A stretch of DNA of 64,000 nt from the human T2T-CHM13v2.0 reference genome, Homo sapiens. The DNA lies in assembly GCF_009914755.1 (NCBI RefSeq), contig NC_060940.1, one strand, 5' to 3'. The notes under the pieces were generated by a model that saw only the letters and a list, made by a program, of their open reading frames with translations, was not told the DNA's origin and ran no database searches. Positions 29,001-42,900 of the stretch are shown here, piece after piece; positions within the stretch are counted from its first letter, which is position 1; the number at the start of each line of letters is the position of its first letter. The position numbers were made by a program, and so were the translations under genes.

Positions 29001-30965
29001 ACTTGAATGTACACATTGTAAAGCGGTTTCTCAGATAGCTTCCTTCTAGTTTTTATCCTGGTATATTCCCTTTTTTGCCATTGGCCTTAATGCACTCCCA
29101 AATATCCATTCACAGAATGTACAAAAACGATGTTTCCAAACGGCCTACTCAAAGGAAAGTTTTGACTCTGTTATGAATGCACACATAATAATGCAGTTTG
29201 TCAGATAGCTTCTTTCTAGTTTTTGTCCTGGATATTCTCTTTTTCACCACTGGCCTCAATGAGACCCCAAATGTCCTTTCATAGAATGGACAAAAACAAT
29301 GTCTCCACACTGATGAATCAAAAGAAAGGATTAACTCTCTGAGATGAATGCACACATCACAATATAATTCCTCAGAAAGCATCTTTCTAGTTTTTAGATA
29401 AAGATATTCTCTTTTTCACCATAGGCTTCAAAGCTTTCCAAAATGTCCCTCCACAGATTCTACAAAAACAGAGTTTCCAAATTGCTGAATCAAAGGAACA
29501 GTTTAAGTCTGTGAGATGAATGCACACGTCACAAAGCAGTTTCTCAGATAGCTTCCTTCCAGTTTATATCCCTGGGTATTAACTTTTTTTGCCATAGGCC
29601 TCAATGTGCTCCCAAATATCCCTTTGCAGATTCTACAAAAGCAGTGATTCCAAACTGCTGAATGAAAAGACAGGTTTAACTTTGCGAGATGAATGCACAC
29701 ATCACAAAGGTATCTCTCAGAAAGCTTCTTTCTCATTTTTATCTGAAGATGTTTTCTTTTTCACCATAAGCCTCAATGTGCTCCCATATATCCCTTCATA
29801 GATTCTTCAAAAATGGTGTTTCCAAACTGCTGAATGAAAAAAAAGTTTTACCTCTGCAAGATGAATGCACCCATCACAAAGAAGTTTCTCAGAAACCTTC
29901 TATATACTTTTTTTCAGAAGGTATTTTCCTTGTCACCTCAGGCCTCATTGCACTCTCAATTGTCCATTTCAAGAATATACAAAAACATTATTTCCAAACT
30001 GCTGAATGAAAAAGAAAGGTGTAACTCTGGGAAATGAAATGCACACATCACAAAGCTGCTTCTCAGATACCTTCCTTCTAGTTTTTACCTCAGATATTCA
30101 CTTTTATGTCATTGGTCTCAATGAGCTCCAAAATGTGCATTCACAAAATAGACAAAAACAAGGTTTCCAAAATGCTGAATCAAAAGAAAGGTTTATCCCT
30201 ATGAGATGAATGGACAATTCACAAAGCATGTTCTCAGAAAGCTTCTTTCTTGTTTTAATTTGAAGACATTTTCTTTTTCACCATTGGCAACAATGTGCTC
30301 CCAACTGTCCACTCACAGAATGCACCAAAAGAGTGTTACTAAACTGCTTAATCAAAAGAAAGTTTTAACTCTGGGAGATGAATGCACACATCATGAAGCA
30401 GTATCTCAGATAGCTTCCTTCTAGTTTTTATAGAGGCATATTCCCTTTTTTGCCATTGGCCTCAATGAGCTCCTAAATGTTGATTCACAGAATGAACAAA
30501 AACAGTGTTTCCAATCTGCTGAGCCAAAAGAAAGGTTTAACTCCATGCAATGAATGCAAACATCACAAAGCAGTTTCTCAGCAAGAGTCCTTCTAGTTTT
30601 TATCTGAAGATATTTTCTTTTTCACCATAGGCCTCAAAGTGATCCCAAATGTCCATTCACAGAACATTAAAAAACAGTGTTTAAAAACCGCTGAATTGAA
30701 AGAAATGTTTATCTCTGGAAAATGAATGCGCACATCACAATGCAGTTTGCCAGATAGTCTCTTTCTTGTTTTTAAGCTGGGATATTCACTTGTTTGCCAT
30801 TGGCCTCAATGAGGTCCAAAATGTCCATTAGCAGAATAGACAAAAAGAGTATTTCCAAATTGCTGAATCAAAAGAGAGCTTGAACTCTGAGAGATGAATG
30901 CACGCATAACAAAGCAGTTTCTCAGAAAGATTCAGTGAGCTCCCAAATGTCTCAATGAGCTCAGG

Positions 30966-33900
30966 GAGATCATTGAAACCAAAGGTGAAAAAGCAATTAT
31001 CCCAGGATAAAAACTAGAAGGAAGACATTTGAGAAAAAGGTTTGTGATGTGTGCATTCATCTCCTAGGGTTAAACCTTTCTTTTCATTCAGCAGTTTGGA
31101 AACACTGTTTTTGAAGGATCTGCAAAGGGATATTTGGGAGCACATTGAGGCCTGTGGTGAAAAGGAAAATATATTCTGATAAAAAGTAGAAAGAAGTTTT
31201 CTGAGAAACTTCTTGGTGATGTGTGCATTTAACTCACATATTTAAAACTTTCTTTTTATTCATCAGTTTGGAAACACTGTTTTTGTAGAATCTGTGAAGG
31301 GATATTTGGGAGCGCATTGAGGCTTATGGTGAAAAAGAAAATATCTTCAGATAAAAACTAGAAAGAAGCTTTCTGAGAAACTTCTTTGTGATTGTGCATT
31401 CATCTCACAGAGTTAAACCTTTCTTCTGATTCAGCAGTTTGGAAACACTGTTTTAGTCCATTCTGCGAATGGACATTTGGGAGCTCATTGAGGCCAAAAA
31501 CAAAAAAGCAAATATCCCAGGATAAAAACTAGAAGGAAGCTGTCTGAGAAACTGCTTTGTGATGTGTGAATTCATCTCACAGAGTTAAAACATTCTGTTC
31601 ATTCAGCAGTTTGGAAACACTGTTTGTGTAGAATCTCCAAAGGGATATTTGGGAGCTCATTCAGGGCAGTGGCAAAAAAGTGAAAATCCCATGATTTAAA
31701 CTAGAAGGAAACTATCTGAGAAACCGCTTTGTGATGTGTGCATTAATCTCACTGAGTTACAGATTTCTTTTCATTCAGCAGTTTGGAAACACTGTTTTTG
31801 TAGTATCTGCGAAGGCATATTTGGGAGTGCATTGAGGCCTATGGTGAAAAAGAAAATATGTTCAGATGAAAAATTGAAAGAGTCTTTCTGAGAAACTGCT
31901 TTGTGATGTGTGCATTCATCTCACAGAGTTAAACATTTCTTTTTATTCAGCAGTTTGGAAACACCATATTTGTCCATTCTGAGAACGGACATTTGGGAGC
32001 TCACTGAGGCCAGTGGGGAAAAAGCGAATATCCCAGGATTAAAAATAGAATGAAACTATGTGAGAAACTGGTTTGTGATGTCTGCATTCATCTTGCAAAA
32101 TTAAACCTTTCTTTTTATTCAGCTGTTTGGAAAAACTGTTTTTGTAGAATCTGCCAAGGGATATTTTGGAGCGTTTTGAAGCCTATGGTGAAAAAGAAAA
32201 TAACTTCAGATAAAAACTAGAAAGGATTCTGAGAAACTGCTTTGAGATGTGCGCATTAATCTCACAGAGATAAACGTTTCTTTGAATCAGCTGTTTGGAA
32301 ACACTGTCTTTGTAGAATTTGTGAAGGGATGCTTGGGAGTGCATTGAAGCATGAGTTGAGAAAGGAAATATCTTCATAATAAAATTAGAAAGAAGTTCTC
32401 TTAGTAACTACTTTGTGAAGTCTTTATTCATCTCACAGAGTGAAGCCTTTCTTTTGATGGAGCAGTTTGGAAACACTGTCTGTCCATTCTGCGAGTGGAC
32501 ATTTGGGACCTCATTGAGGCCAATGTTGAAAAAGTGAATATCCCAGGATAAAAAGTAGTAGAAAGCTATCAGAGATACAGCTTTGTGATGTTTGCATTCA
32601 TCTCACAGAGTTAAACCTTTCTTTTGATTCGGCAGTTTGCAAACACTGCTTTTGAAGAATCTGTGAAAGGACATTTGGGAATGCATTGATGCCTTTGGAG
32701 GAAAATAAAATATCCTCAGGTAAGAACTAGAAAGAAGCTTTCTGACAAACTGCTTTGTGATGTGTGCATTCATGTCACAGAGTTAAACATTTCTTTTAAT
32801 TCAGGAGTTTAGGAACACTGATTTTGTGCATTCTGTGAGTGGACATTTCAGAGTTAATTGAGGCCAATTGTGAAAAAGCAAATGTCCCAAGATAAAAATT
32901 CGAGGGAAGCTATCTGAGATACTGCTCTGTGATGTGTTCATTCATCTCACAGAGAAAATTTTCTTTTGTTTCAGCAGTTTGGAAACACTGTTTAGAAAGA
33001 ATCTTTCTGAGAAATTGTTTTGGGAAGTTTGCATTCATCTCACAGACTAAAACTTTCCTTTTGATTCAGCCGTGTGGAAACAGTGTTTTTGGAATCTGTG
33101 AAATGACATTTGGGATCATAATGAGGTCTATGGTGACAAAGAAAATATCTTCAGATTAAAAGTTTAAAGAAGCTTTCTGAGAAATTGATTTATGATGTGA
33201 GCATTCATATCATAGAGTTAAACCCTTATTTTAATTCAGCAGTTTGGAAACACTGTTTTTGTAAAATCTGTGAATTGACATTTGGGAGCTCATTGAGGCC
33301 AATGGTGAAAAAGTGAATATGCCAAAATAAAAATGGGTAGGAAGGTATCTGAGAAACCACTCTGTGATGTGTGCATTCATCTCACAGAGTTAATCCTTTC
33401 TTTTCATTCAGCAGTTTGGAAACATTATTTTTGTAAAATATGTAAAAGTCATTTGGGAGTGCTTTTCACCTATGTTGAAAAATAAATTATTTTCGGATAA
33501 AAACTAGAAGGAAGCTTTCTGAGAAACTGCTTTGAGTTGTGTGCATTCATCTCACAGAATTAAAGCATTCTTTTGATTCGGCTGTTTGTAAGCATTGTTT
33601 TTCTACAATGTGTGACAGGAATTTGGGATCATATTGAGATCTGTGGTGAAAAAGAAAATATCATCAGATAAAAACTATAAGAAAGATTTCTGAAGAACTG
33701 CTTTATGATGTGTGTATTCATCTCACAGAGTTAAACCTTTCTTTTGATTCAGCAGTTTGGAAACACTGTTTTTGTAGAATCTGAGAATGGGCATTTGGGA
33801 CAACATTGAGCCCTGTGGTGAAAAAGGGAATATCCCTATAAGAAACTTGAAAGAATCTATCTGAGTAACTGATTTGTGGTGTGTGGATTCATCTCAAACA

Positions 33901-36900
33901 GGTAAAACCTTTTTTTGATTCAACAGTTAGGAAAAACTTTTTTTGTAGAGCCTGTGAAAGGACATTTAGGAGTGCATTGAAGTCTATGGTGAAAAAGCGA
34001 TTATTTTTATATAAAAACTGGAAAGAAGCTATTGGTGAAACTGCTTTGCGATGTGTGGATTCATCTCACAGATTTAAATTTTTATTTTGATTAATCAGCT
34101 TGGAAACACTGTTTTTGCAGAATCTGCAGAGGGACACTTGACAGCTCCTTGAGTCCCATGATGAAAAAGTGAATATTCCCAGATTAAAACTAGAATGAAT
34201 CTATCTGATGAAATGCTTTGTGAAGTGTGCATTCAACGCACAGAGTTAAACATTTCTTTTGATTGAGGAGTTTGGAAACACTGTTTTTGTAGAATCTGTG
34301 AAAGGACATTTCAGAGCGCATTGGTGCCTTTAGAGAAAAATAAAATATCTTCAGATAAAAACTAGAAAGAAGCTTTCTGAGAAACTGATTTATGATGTGT
34401 GCATTCATGTCACAGAGTTAAACATTTCTTTTGATTCAGGAGTTTGGAAACACTGTTTTTGTACATTCAGTGAGTGGACATTTCAGAGCTCATTGAGGCC
34501 AATTGTGAAAAACTGAATGTCCAAAGATAAAAACTCGTTGGAAGCTATCTGAGAATCTGCTCTTTGATGTGTTCATTCATCTCACAGTTATAAACCTTTC
34601 TTTTGTGTCAGCAATTTGGAAACACTGTTTAGAAAGAATCTCTCTGAGAAACTGCTTTGTGAAGAGTGCATTCATCTCTCAGAGTTAAACTTTTCTTTTG
34701 ATTCAACAGTTTGGAAACACTGTTTTTTTAGAATCTGTGAAATGAGATTTGGAATCGTAATGAGGTCTATGGTGAAAAAGAATATCTTCATATTAAAAGT
34801 TTAAAGAAGCTTTCTGAGAAACTGATTCATGATGTGTGCATTCATCTCACAGAGTTAAACAATTACTTTAATTCAGCAGTTTGGAAACACTGTTTGTGTA
34901 AAACCTGTGAATGGACTTTTGGGAGCTCATTGAGGCCAATGGTAAAAAAGTGAATATCCCAAAATAAAAACTGGTAGGAAGATATCTGAGAAACCACTTT
35001 GTGATGTGTGCATACATCTCACAGAGCTAATCCTTTCTTTTGATTCAGCAGTTTGGAAACACTGCTTTTGTAGTATCTGGCAATGGACATTTGGGACTGC
35101 ATTGAGGCCTATGGTGAAAAAGGGAATATACCTATAAGAAACTTGAAAGAATCTATCTGAGGAACTGATTTGTGATGTGTGGATTCATCTCAAAGAGTTA
35201 AATCCTTCTTTTCCTTCATCATTTTGGAAAAACTTTTTTTGTAGAGTCTATGAAAGGATATTTGGGAGTGTATTGAGGTCTATGGTGAAAAATGAATATC
35301 TTTATATGAAAACTGGGAAGAAGCTATAGGTGAAACTGCTTTATGATGTGTGGATTCATCTCAGAGTTTTAAATTTTTGTTTTGATTCATCAGTTTGGAA
35401 ATACTGTTTTTGTAGAATCTGCAAAGGGGCATTTGAGAGCTCCTTGAGTCCCATGATGAAAAAGTGAATATTCCCAGATGAAAACTAGAATGAAGCTATC
35501 TGATGAACTTCTTTGTGAAGTGTGCATTCAACTCACAGAGTTAAACATTTCTTTTGATTGAGGAGTTTGGAAACACTGTTTTTATAGAGCCTGTGAATGG
35601 ACTTTTGGGAGAGCATTGAGGCCTTTTTTGAAAAAGGAAATATATTTGGATATAAACCTGAAAGAAGCGATCTGAGATACTGTTTTTTGATGTGTGGATT
35701 CATCTCACAGAGTTAAATCCTTCTTTTGATTCAGCATGTTGGAAACACTGTTTTTGTAGAATCTCTGAAGGGACATTTGGAACTGACTGAGACCTGTGGT
35801 GAACAGGAGAATATCCCCAGTTACAAACTAGAAAGAATGTGCCTGAGAAACTCCTCTGTGATGTGTGCATCCATCTAAGAAAGTTAAACCTTGCTTTTGA
35901 TTCAGTTGTTTGGAAACACTGTTTTTGTAGGACCTGTGAAAGGACATTTGGGAGTGCATTGAGGTCTTTGTTGAAAAAGCAAATATATTCAGATATAAAC
36001 TGAAGGGAGTCTATCTGAGATACTGCTTTTTGATGTGTGCATTCGTCTCATAGAGTTAAACCATCCTTTTGATTCAGCAGTTTGGACACACTGTTTTTGT
36101 AGAATTTGTGAAAAGACATTTTTGAGCTCATTGAGGCCTTTGGTGATAAAAAGATATACCCAGATAAAAACTAGAAAGATGTTATCTGTCAAACTGCTTT
36201 GTGATGTGTGGAATCATCTCACAGAGTTAAACCTTTCTTCTGATTCAGCAGTTTGGAAACACTGTTTTTGTAGTTTCTGTGAAAGAACATTTGGGAGCAC
36301 ATTGAGGCCTATGGTGAAAAAGCGAATATCCCCAGATAAAAGTTAGAAAGAAGCTATGTGAGAAACTGCTTTGTGGTGTGTGCATTCAACTCACAGAGTT
36401 AGCCTTTCTTTTGATTCAACATTTAGGAAACACTGTTTTTTAGAATCTGTGAAGGAACATTTGGGAGCACTTTTAGATCTATGGTGAAAAAACATATATC
36501 CCCAGATAAAAACTAGAAAGAAGTTATCTTTGAAATTGATTTGTGATGTGTGGATTCATCTCAAAGATTTAAACCTATCTTTTGATTCAGTAGTTTGGAA
36601 ACCACGTTTTTGTAGAATCTGCCAAGGGACACTTGGGAGCTCATTGAGAACAATGTTGGAAAAGCAAATATTCACTGATAAAACTAGAAAGAAGCTATAT
36701 GTGAAAGTTATTTGTGATGTGTGGATTTATCTTCCAGTGTTAATCTTTTCTTTGGATTCAGCATGTTGGAAACACTGTTTCTGTAGAATCTGCAAAGGGA
36801 TAGTTGGGAGTGCATTGAAGCCAGCCATGAAAGAGCGACTATCCCCGTATAAAAACAAGAAAGAAGCTATCTGCAAAACTGCTTTGTCATGTTTGGATTC

Positions 36901-39900
36901 AGCTGACCGAGTTAAGACTTCCTTTTCATTCAGCAGTTTGGAAACACTGTTTTTGTAGAATCTACAAAGGGACACTTGCAAACACATTGAGGCCTACAAT
37001 AAAAAAGAAAATATTCGAAGATAAATCTTGAAAGAAGCTGCATGTGAAACTGCTTTGTGATGTGTAGATTCGTCTCACAGAGTTAAAGACTTGTTTCAAT
37101 TCAGCAATTTTGAAACACTGTTTCTGTAGAATCCACAAGCAGACATTTGGGAGCCCATTGATGCCTATGGTGAAAAAGTGAATATCTCCAGATAAAAACC
37201 AGAAAGCAGCTTGCTGTGAACCTACTTTTTGATGTCTGGATTCATCTAAGAGAGTTAAAAATTTATTTTGTATTAGCAGTTTGGAAACACTGTTTTTGTA
37301 GAATCTCTGAAAGGTCATTTGGGAAGACATTGAGGCCTATGGTAAAGAGGCAAATATACCCAGATAAAACCTAGAAATAAGCTATTTGTTAAATTGTTTT
37401 GTGATGTATGGAAGCATCTCACAGAGATAAACCTTTCTTTGGATTCAGCAGTTTGGAAACTGTTTTTTTAGAATCTGTGAAGGGATATTTGGGAGTGCTT
37501 TGAGACCTGTGGTGAAAAAGTGAATATCCCCAGAAAGAAACTAAAAAAAAAAAAAAAGAGCTATCTGTTAAACTTTTTTGGGATGTGTGGATTCATCTCA
37601 CAGAGTTAAACCTTTCTTTTGATTCAGCAGTTTGGAAACACTGTTTTAGTAGAATCTGCAAAGGAACATTTCAGAGCTAATTGAGGCCCTGGCAGAGAAG
37701 TGTATATTCCGAGATAAAAACTAGAAAGAAGCTATCTGAGGAACTGCTTTGTGATGTGTGTATTCATCTGACAGAGTTAAACCTTGATTTTCAATCAGCA
37801 GTTTTGAAACACTGTTGTTGTAGAATCTACAAAAGGACATTTGGGAGCGCATTGACGGATATAGTGAAAAAGCGAATATCTCCACATAAAAACTAGAAAG
37901 AAGCTATCTGAGCAACTGTTTTGTGATGTGTGCATTCAAATGACAGAATGAAACTTTTCTTTTGATTCTGCAGTTTGGAAATTTTTTTTTTTGTAGAATC
38001 TGTGAAGGCACATTTGGGAGAGCTTGAAGCACATGGTGAAAAAGTGAATATCCTCAGATAAAAACTAGAAAAAAGTTGTCTGTGAAACTGCTGTTGCTGT
38101 GTGGATTCATCTAACAGAGTTAAGCCTTTCTTTTGATTTAGCAGTTTGGAAACAATGTTTTTGTAGAATCTGCAAAGTGCTCATTGATGCATATAGTGAA
38201 AAACAAATAACCCTAGATAAAAACTACAAAGAAGCTTTTTGTTAATCTGCCTTGGGATGTGTGGATTCATCTCACAGACTTAAAAATTTCCTTTGATTTA
38301 GCAGTTCGGAAACACTGTTTTTGTAGCAGCGTCAAAGGGACTTTTGGGAGTACATTGAGGCCTGTGGTAAAAAAGGAAATGTCCCCATATAAAAACCAGA
38401 AAGAATCTATCTAAGAAAGTGTTTTGTGATGTGTGCATTCAACTCAGAGAGATAAACATTTCTATTCATTCAGCAGTTTGTACTACTGTTTTGTAGAACC
38501 TTTGAAGGGACATTAGGGAAGCCTTTGAGTCCTATGGTGAAAGGGCAAATATCCTCAAATAAAAACTACAAAGAAGCTATCTGTGAAACTGCTTTGTGAA
38601 TGGTGCATTCATATCACAGATTTAAATTTTTCTTTTGATTCAACAGTTTGGAAAAACTGTTTTTGTAGAATCTGTGAAGGGAAATTTGGGAAGTCATTGA
38701 GGCCTAATGGGAAAAGGCAAATATCCAATGATAAAAACTAGAAAGAAGCTATCTGTGAAACTGCTTCATGATGTGTGCATTTATCTCTCAGAGTTAATCC
38801 TTTCTTTTGATTCAGCACGTTGGAAACACTATTTCTTTAGAATCTTCAAAGGGACATTTGGGAGGTCATTGAGGCCTATGGTAATGAAGAGAATATCCCC
38901 AATAAAAACTAGAAAGAAGATATGTGGAAAAGTATTTTGTGTGTGTAAATTCATCTGGCAGAGTTAACCCTTTCTTTTGATTCAGCAGTTTGGAAACACT
39001 GTTTTTGTAGAATCTATGAAGGGACATTTGGGAGGTCATTGAGGTCAATGGTGACAAAGAGAAAATCACAAGATAAAAACTAGAAAGAAGCTATCTGTGA
39101 ACTGCTTTGTTATATGCACATTCATCTCACAGAGGGAAAACTTTATTTTGATTCAGCAGTTTGGAGACACTGTTTTTGTAGAATCTATGAAAGGACATTT
39201 GAGAGGGAATTGAGTCCTATGGTGAAAATGCAAACATCTCCAGATAAAAACTACAAAGAAGCTATCTGCAAAACTGCTTTGTGATGTATGGATTTATCTC
39301 AGACAGTTAAGACTTTCCTTTGATTCAGCACCTTAGAAAAACTATTTTTGTAGAATCTGCAAATGGATATTTGGGACCTCATTGAAATCTATGGTGAAAA
39401 AGAGTATATCCCCATATAAAAACTAGAAAGAAGATACCTGTTAGGCTGCATTGTGTTGTGTGGATTCATCTCACATTGTTAAACCTTTGTTTTGATTCAG
39501 CAGTTTGGAAACACTGATTTGTAGTATCTGCAGAGGGATATTTGAAATCTCTTTGAGGCCAAAAGTGAAATACTGAATATCTCCAGATAAAAACTAAAAA
39601 AAAAAATCTGTCTGTTAAACTGCTTTGTGATGTGTCAACTTATCTCATAGAATTAAACCTTTCTTTTGATTCAGCAGTTTGGAAAAACTGTTTTTGTAAA
39701 ATCTGTAAAAGGACATTGGGAGTGAATTGAGTCCTGTGGTTAAAAAGGGAATAAACCCAGATAAAAACTAAAATGAAGCTATTGGTTAAATTGCTTTGTG
39801 TTGTGTGGATTCATCTCAGAGAGTTAAGCTTTTCATTATATTCAGCAGCTTGGAAACACTGTTTTTGTAGAATCTGTGAATGGATATTTTGGAACTCACT

Positions 39901-42900
39901 GAGACCAACGGTGAAAAAGTGAATATCCCCAGATAAAAAGTAGAATGAAGCTATCTGTGAATCCGCTTTGTGATGTATGGATTCATCTCAAAGAGTTAAA
40001 TCTTTCTTTTGATTCAGCACATTGGAAACACTTTCTGTTGAATCTGTGAATGGATATTTGGGAGTGCATTGAGGACTATGGTGAAAAAACCGAATATCCC
40101 CAGATAAAAACTAAAAAGAAGCTACCTGTGAAACTGCTTTCTGATGTGTGGATTCATCTCACAGAGGTAAACTTTTCTGTTCTGCACTTTGGAAACATTT
40201 TTTTTTTTTTTGCAGAATCTGTGAAGGGACATTTGGGAGCTCATGAGGCCTATGGTAAAGAAGGTAATATTCACAGTTAAAAACTAGACAGAAGCTCTCT
40301 GTGAGACTGCTTTGTGATGTTTGTATTCATCTCACAGAGTTAAATCTTTCTTTCGATTCAGCTATTTGGAAACACTGTTTTGTAGGATCTGTGAAGGGAC
40401 ATTTGGGAACTCATTGATGCCCGTGGTGAAAAGGCAATTATCCCCAGATAAACACAGAAAGAAGCTATCAGTGAAACTGCTTTTTGATGTGTGGATTTGT
40501 CTCACAGATTTAAACCTCGATTTTGAATCACCAGTTTGGAAACACTATTTTTGTAGAATGTGCAAAAGGACATCTCAGAGAGAATAGTGGCCTGTGGTGA
40601 AAAAGCCAATATCCCCCGATAAAAAATAGGAAGAAGCTAACTGTGAAAATGCTTTGTCATGTGTGGATTTATCTCACAGAATTAAGCCTTTCTTTTGATT
40701 AGGATGTTGTAAACACTGTTTCTGTAGATTCTGTGAGGGACATTTTGGAACTCATTGAGACCTATGGTGAAAAAATGAATATCCCCAGATGAAAACTAGA
40801 AAGAAGCTATCTGTTAAGCTGCTTTGTTATGTGTGATTCATCTCAGAGAGTTAAAACTTCATTTTGATTCAGCATGTTGGAAACAGTCCTTTTGTAGTAT
40901 CTGTGAAGGGTTATTTTGGGGAGCATTGAGGACTATACTGACAAACTGGATATCTCAAGATAAAAACTAGAAAGAAGTTTCTGTGAAGCTGCTTTGTGAT
41001 GTGTGGATTTAACTCAGAGAGTTAAACCTTTCTTTTGATTCAACAGTTTGGAAAAAGTGTTATTGGGGAATCTATGAAGGGACATTTTTGGAGTGTTTTG
41101 AGGTCTATTGTGACAAACTGAATATCCCCAGATAAAAACTAGAAAGAAGCTACCTGTGAAACTGCTTTATGATGTCTGGATTTATCTCACAGAGTTAAAC
41201 TTTTTTTTGATTCGGTAGGTTGGAAACAGTCCTTTTCAAGAATCTGCAAAGGGAGATTTCGTAGTGCATTGAGGCCTATTGTGAAAAAGCAAATATCTCC
41301 ATATAAAAACTAGAAAGAAGCTATTTGTGAAACTGCTTTGTGACAGATGGATTCATCTCACAGAGTTAAGCCTTTCTTTTGATTCAGCAGGTTGGAAACA
41401 GTCCTTTTGTAGATTCTGGGAAGAGACATTTAGAGTGCATTCAGACCTGTGGTGTGGAAGAGAACATCCCCAGATAAAACTGGAAAGAAGCTATCTGTTA
41501 AATTGCTTTGTGATGTGTAAATTCATCTCACAGAATTAAGCCTTTTTTTTTCATTCAGCAGTTTTGAAACACTGTTGTGGTTGAGTCTGCGAAGGGACAT
41601 TTGGGAGCTCATTGACACCTATGTTGTAAAACCAAATATCCCCAGATAAAAACTAGAAATAAGCTATCTGTGAAACTGCTTTGGGAAGTGTGGATTTATC
41701 TCACAGGGTTAAACTTTTTTTTTGATTCAGCAGTTTGGAAACACTGTTTTTGTAGAATCTACAAAGGGATAATTGAGTCTGCATTCTGGCCTATGTTGAT
41801 AAATAGAATATCCCCAGATAAAAACTAGAAAGACGCTGTCTGTGAAACTGCTTTGTGATGTGTGGATTTACCTCAGGAAGTTAAACTTCTCTTTTCATTC
41901 AGCAGTTTGGAACACTGTTATTGTAGAAACTGTGAAGGGATGTTTTGGAGCTCATTGAGGCCTTTAGTGAAGAAGCAAATAACTCCAGATAAAAACTAGA
42001 AAGAAGTTATCTGTGAAACTGCTTTGTGATCTGTGGATTCTTCTCACAGGGTTAAAACTTTCTTTTGATTCAGCAGGTTAAAAATAGTCTTTTTGTAGAA
42101 TCTGTGATGTGACATTTGGGAGCACATTGAGGCCTATGGTGGCAAACAGAATATACTGAGATAAAAACTAAAAAGAAGCTATCTGTGAAACTGCTTTGTC
42201 ATGTTTGAATTCAACTCAGAGAGTTAAAACTTTCTTTTCCTTTAGCAGTTTGAAAACACTGTTTGCATAGAATCCACGAAGGGACATTTGGGAGCTTATT
42301 GAGGCCTATGGTGTAAAAGAAAATACATCCAGACAAAAACTGGAAGGAAGCTATCTCTGAAACTGCTGTGTGATGTTTGGATTCAACTCACAGAATTAAA
42401 CTTTTCTTTTGATTCAGCAGTTTGGACACACTGTTTGTATAGAGTCTGTGAAGGGAAATTTAGGAGCACATTGAGGCCTATAGTGAAACTGTGAATATCC
42501 CCAGGTAAAAAGTAGAAAGAAGTTATCTGTGAAACTTCTTTGTGATATGTGCATTCTTCTCACAGAAATAAACTTTTTTTTATTCAGCACGATAGAAACA
42601 GTCCTTTTGCAGAATCTGTGAAAGGAAAATTGGGAGTGCATTCTGACCTGTGGTGATAAACTGCATATCCCCAGATAAAAACTAGAATGATGCTAACTGT
42701 GAAACTACTTTGTGATGAGTGGATTCAACTCAGAGTGTTAAAACTTTGTTTTGATGCAGCAGTTTGGAAACACTCTTTTTGAAAAATCTCTGTAGGGATA
42801 TTTTGAGATGCATTTAGGCCTATGTTGAAAATGTGATTATCTCCAGATAAAAAATAAAAAGAATTTCTTTGTGAAACTGCTTTGTGATGTGTGGATTCTT

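Larger units (their letters stand above)
1..30962 (-). repeat. Divergent alpha satellite array, reverse orientation, two alternating monomer types (ancient dimer-like layer)
   Basis: ~171-172 bp tandem units that are the reverse complement of the alphoid consensus (e.g. tttccaaactgctgaatcaaaagaaaggtttaactctgtgagatgaatgcacacatcacaaagcagtttctcag). Type 1 has gatagcttccttctag..atcctgggatatt..aatgtccattc.cagaatggac. Type 2 has gaaagcttctttctag..atctgaagatattt..aatatccctt..cagattctac. Neighbouring monomers are visibly divergent, so this is not a homogeneous active HOR. Confidence 0.97.

Noticed and set aside
30000-32000. Large recent palindrome (fold-back duplication) around the strand switch
   Set aside because: Beyond the 11-bp stem, the two arms do not share private variants; they resemble each other only as generic alphoid.
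34534-34550. ctcgttggaagcta resembling a CENP-B box
   Set aside because: It lacks the essential TTCG...CGGG core and lies at the wrong monomer position. I saw no canonical box elsewhere, though only by eye.
7670-40211. Homopolymer runs (A14 at 7670, T15 at 16609, A15 at 37543, T14 at 40198) as retroposon tails
   Set aside because: Each is an expansion of a native A/T run in the monomer, with no TSD or foreign sequence.
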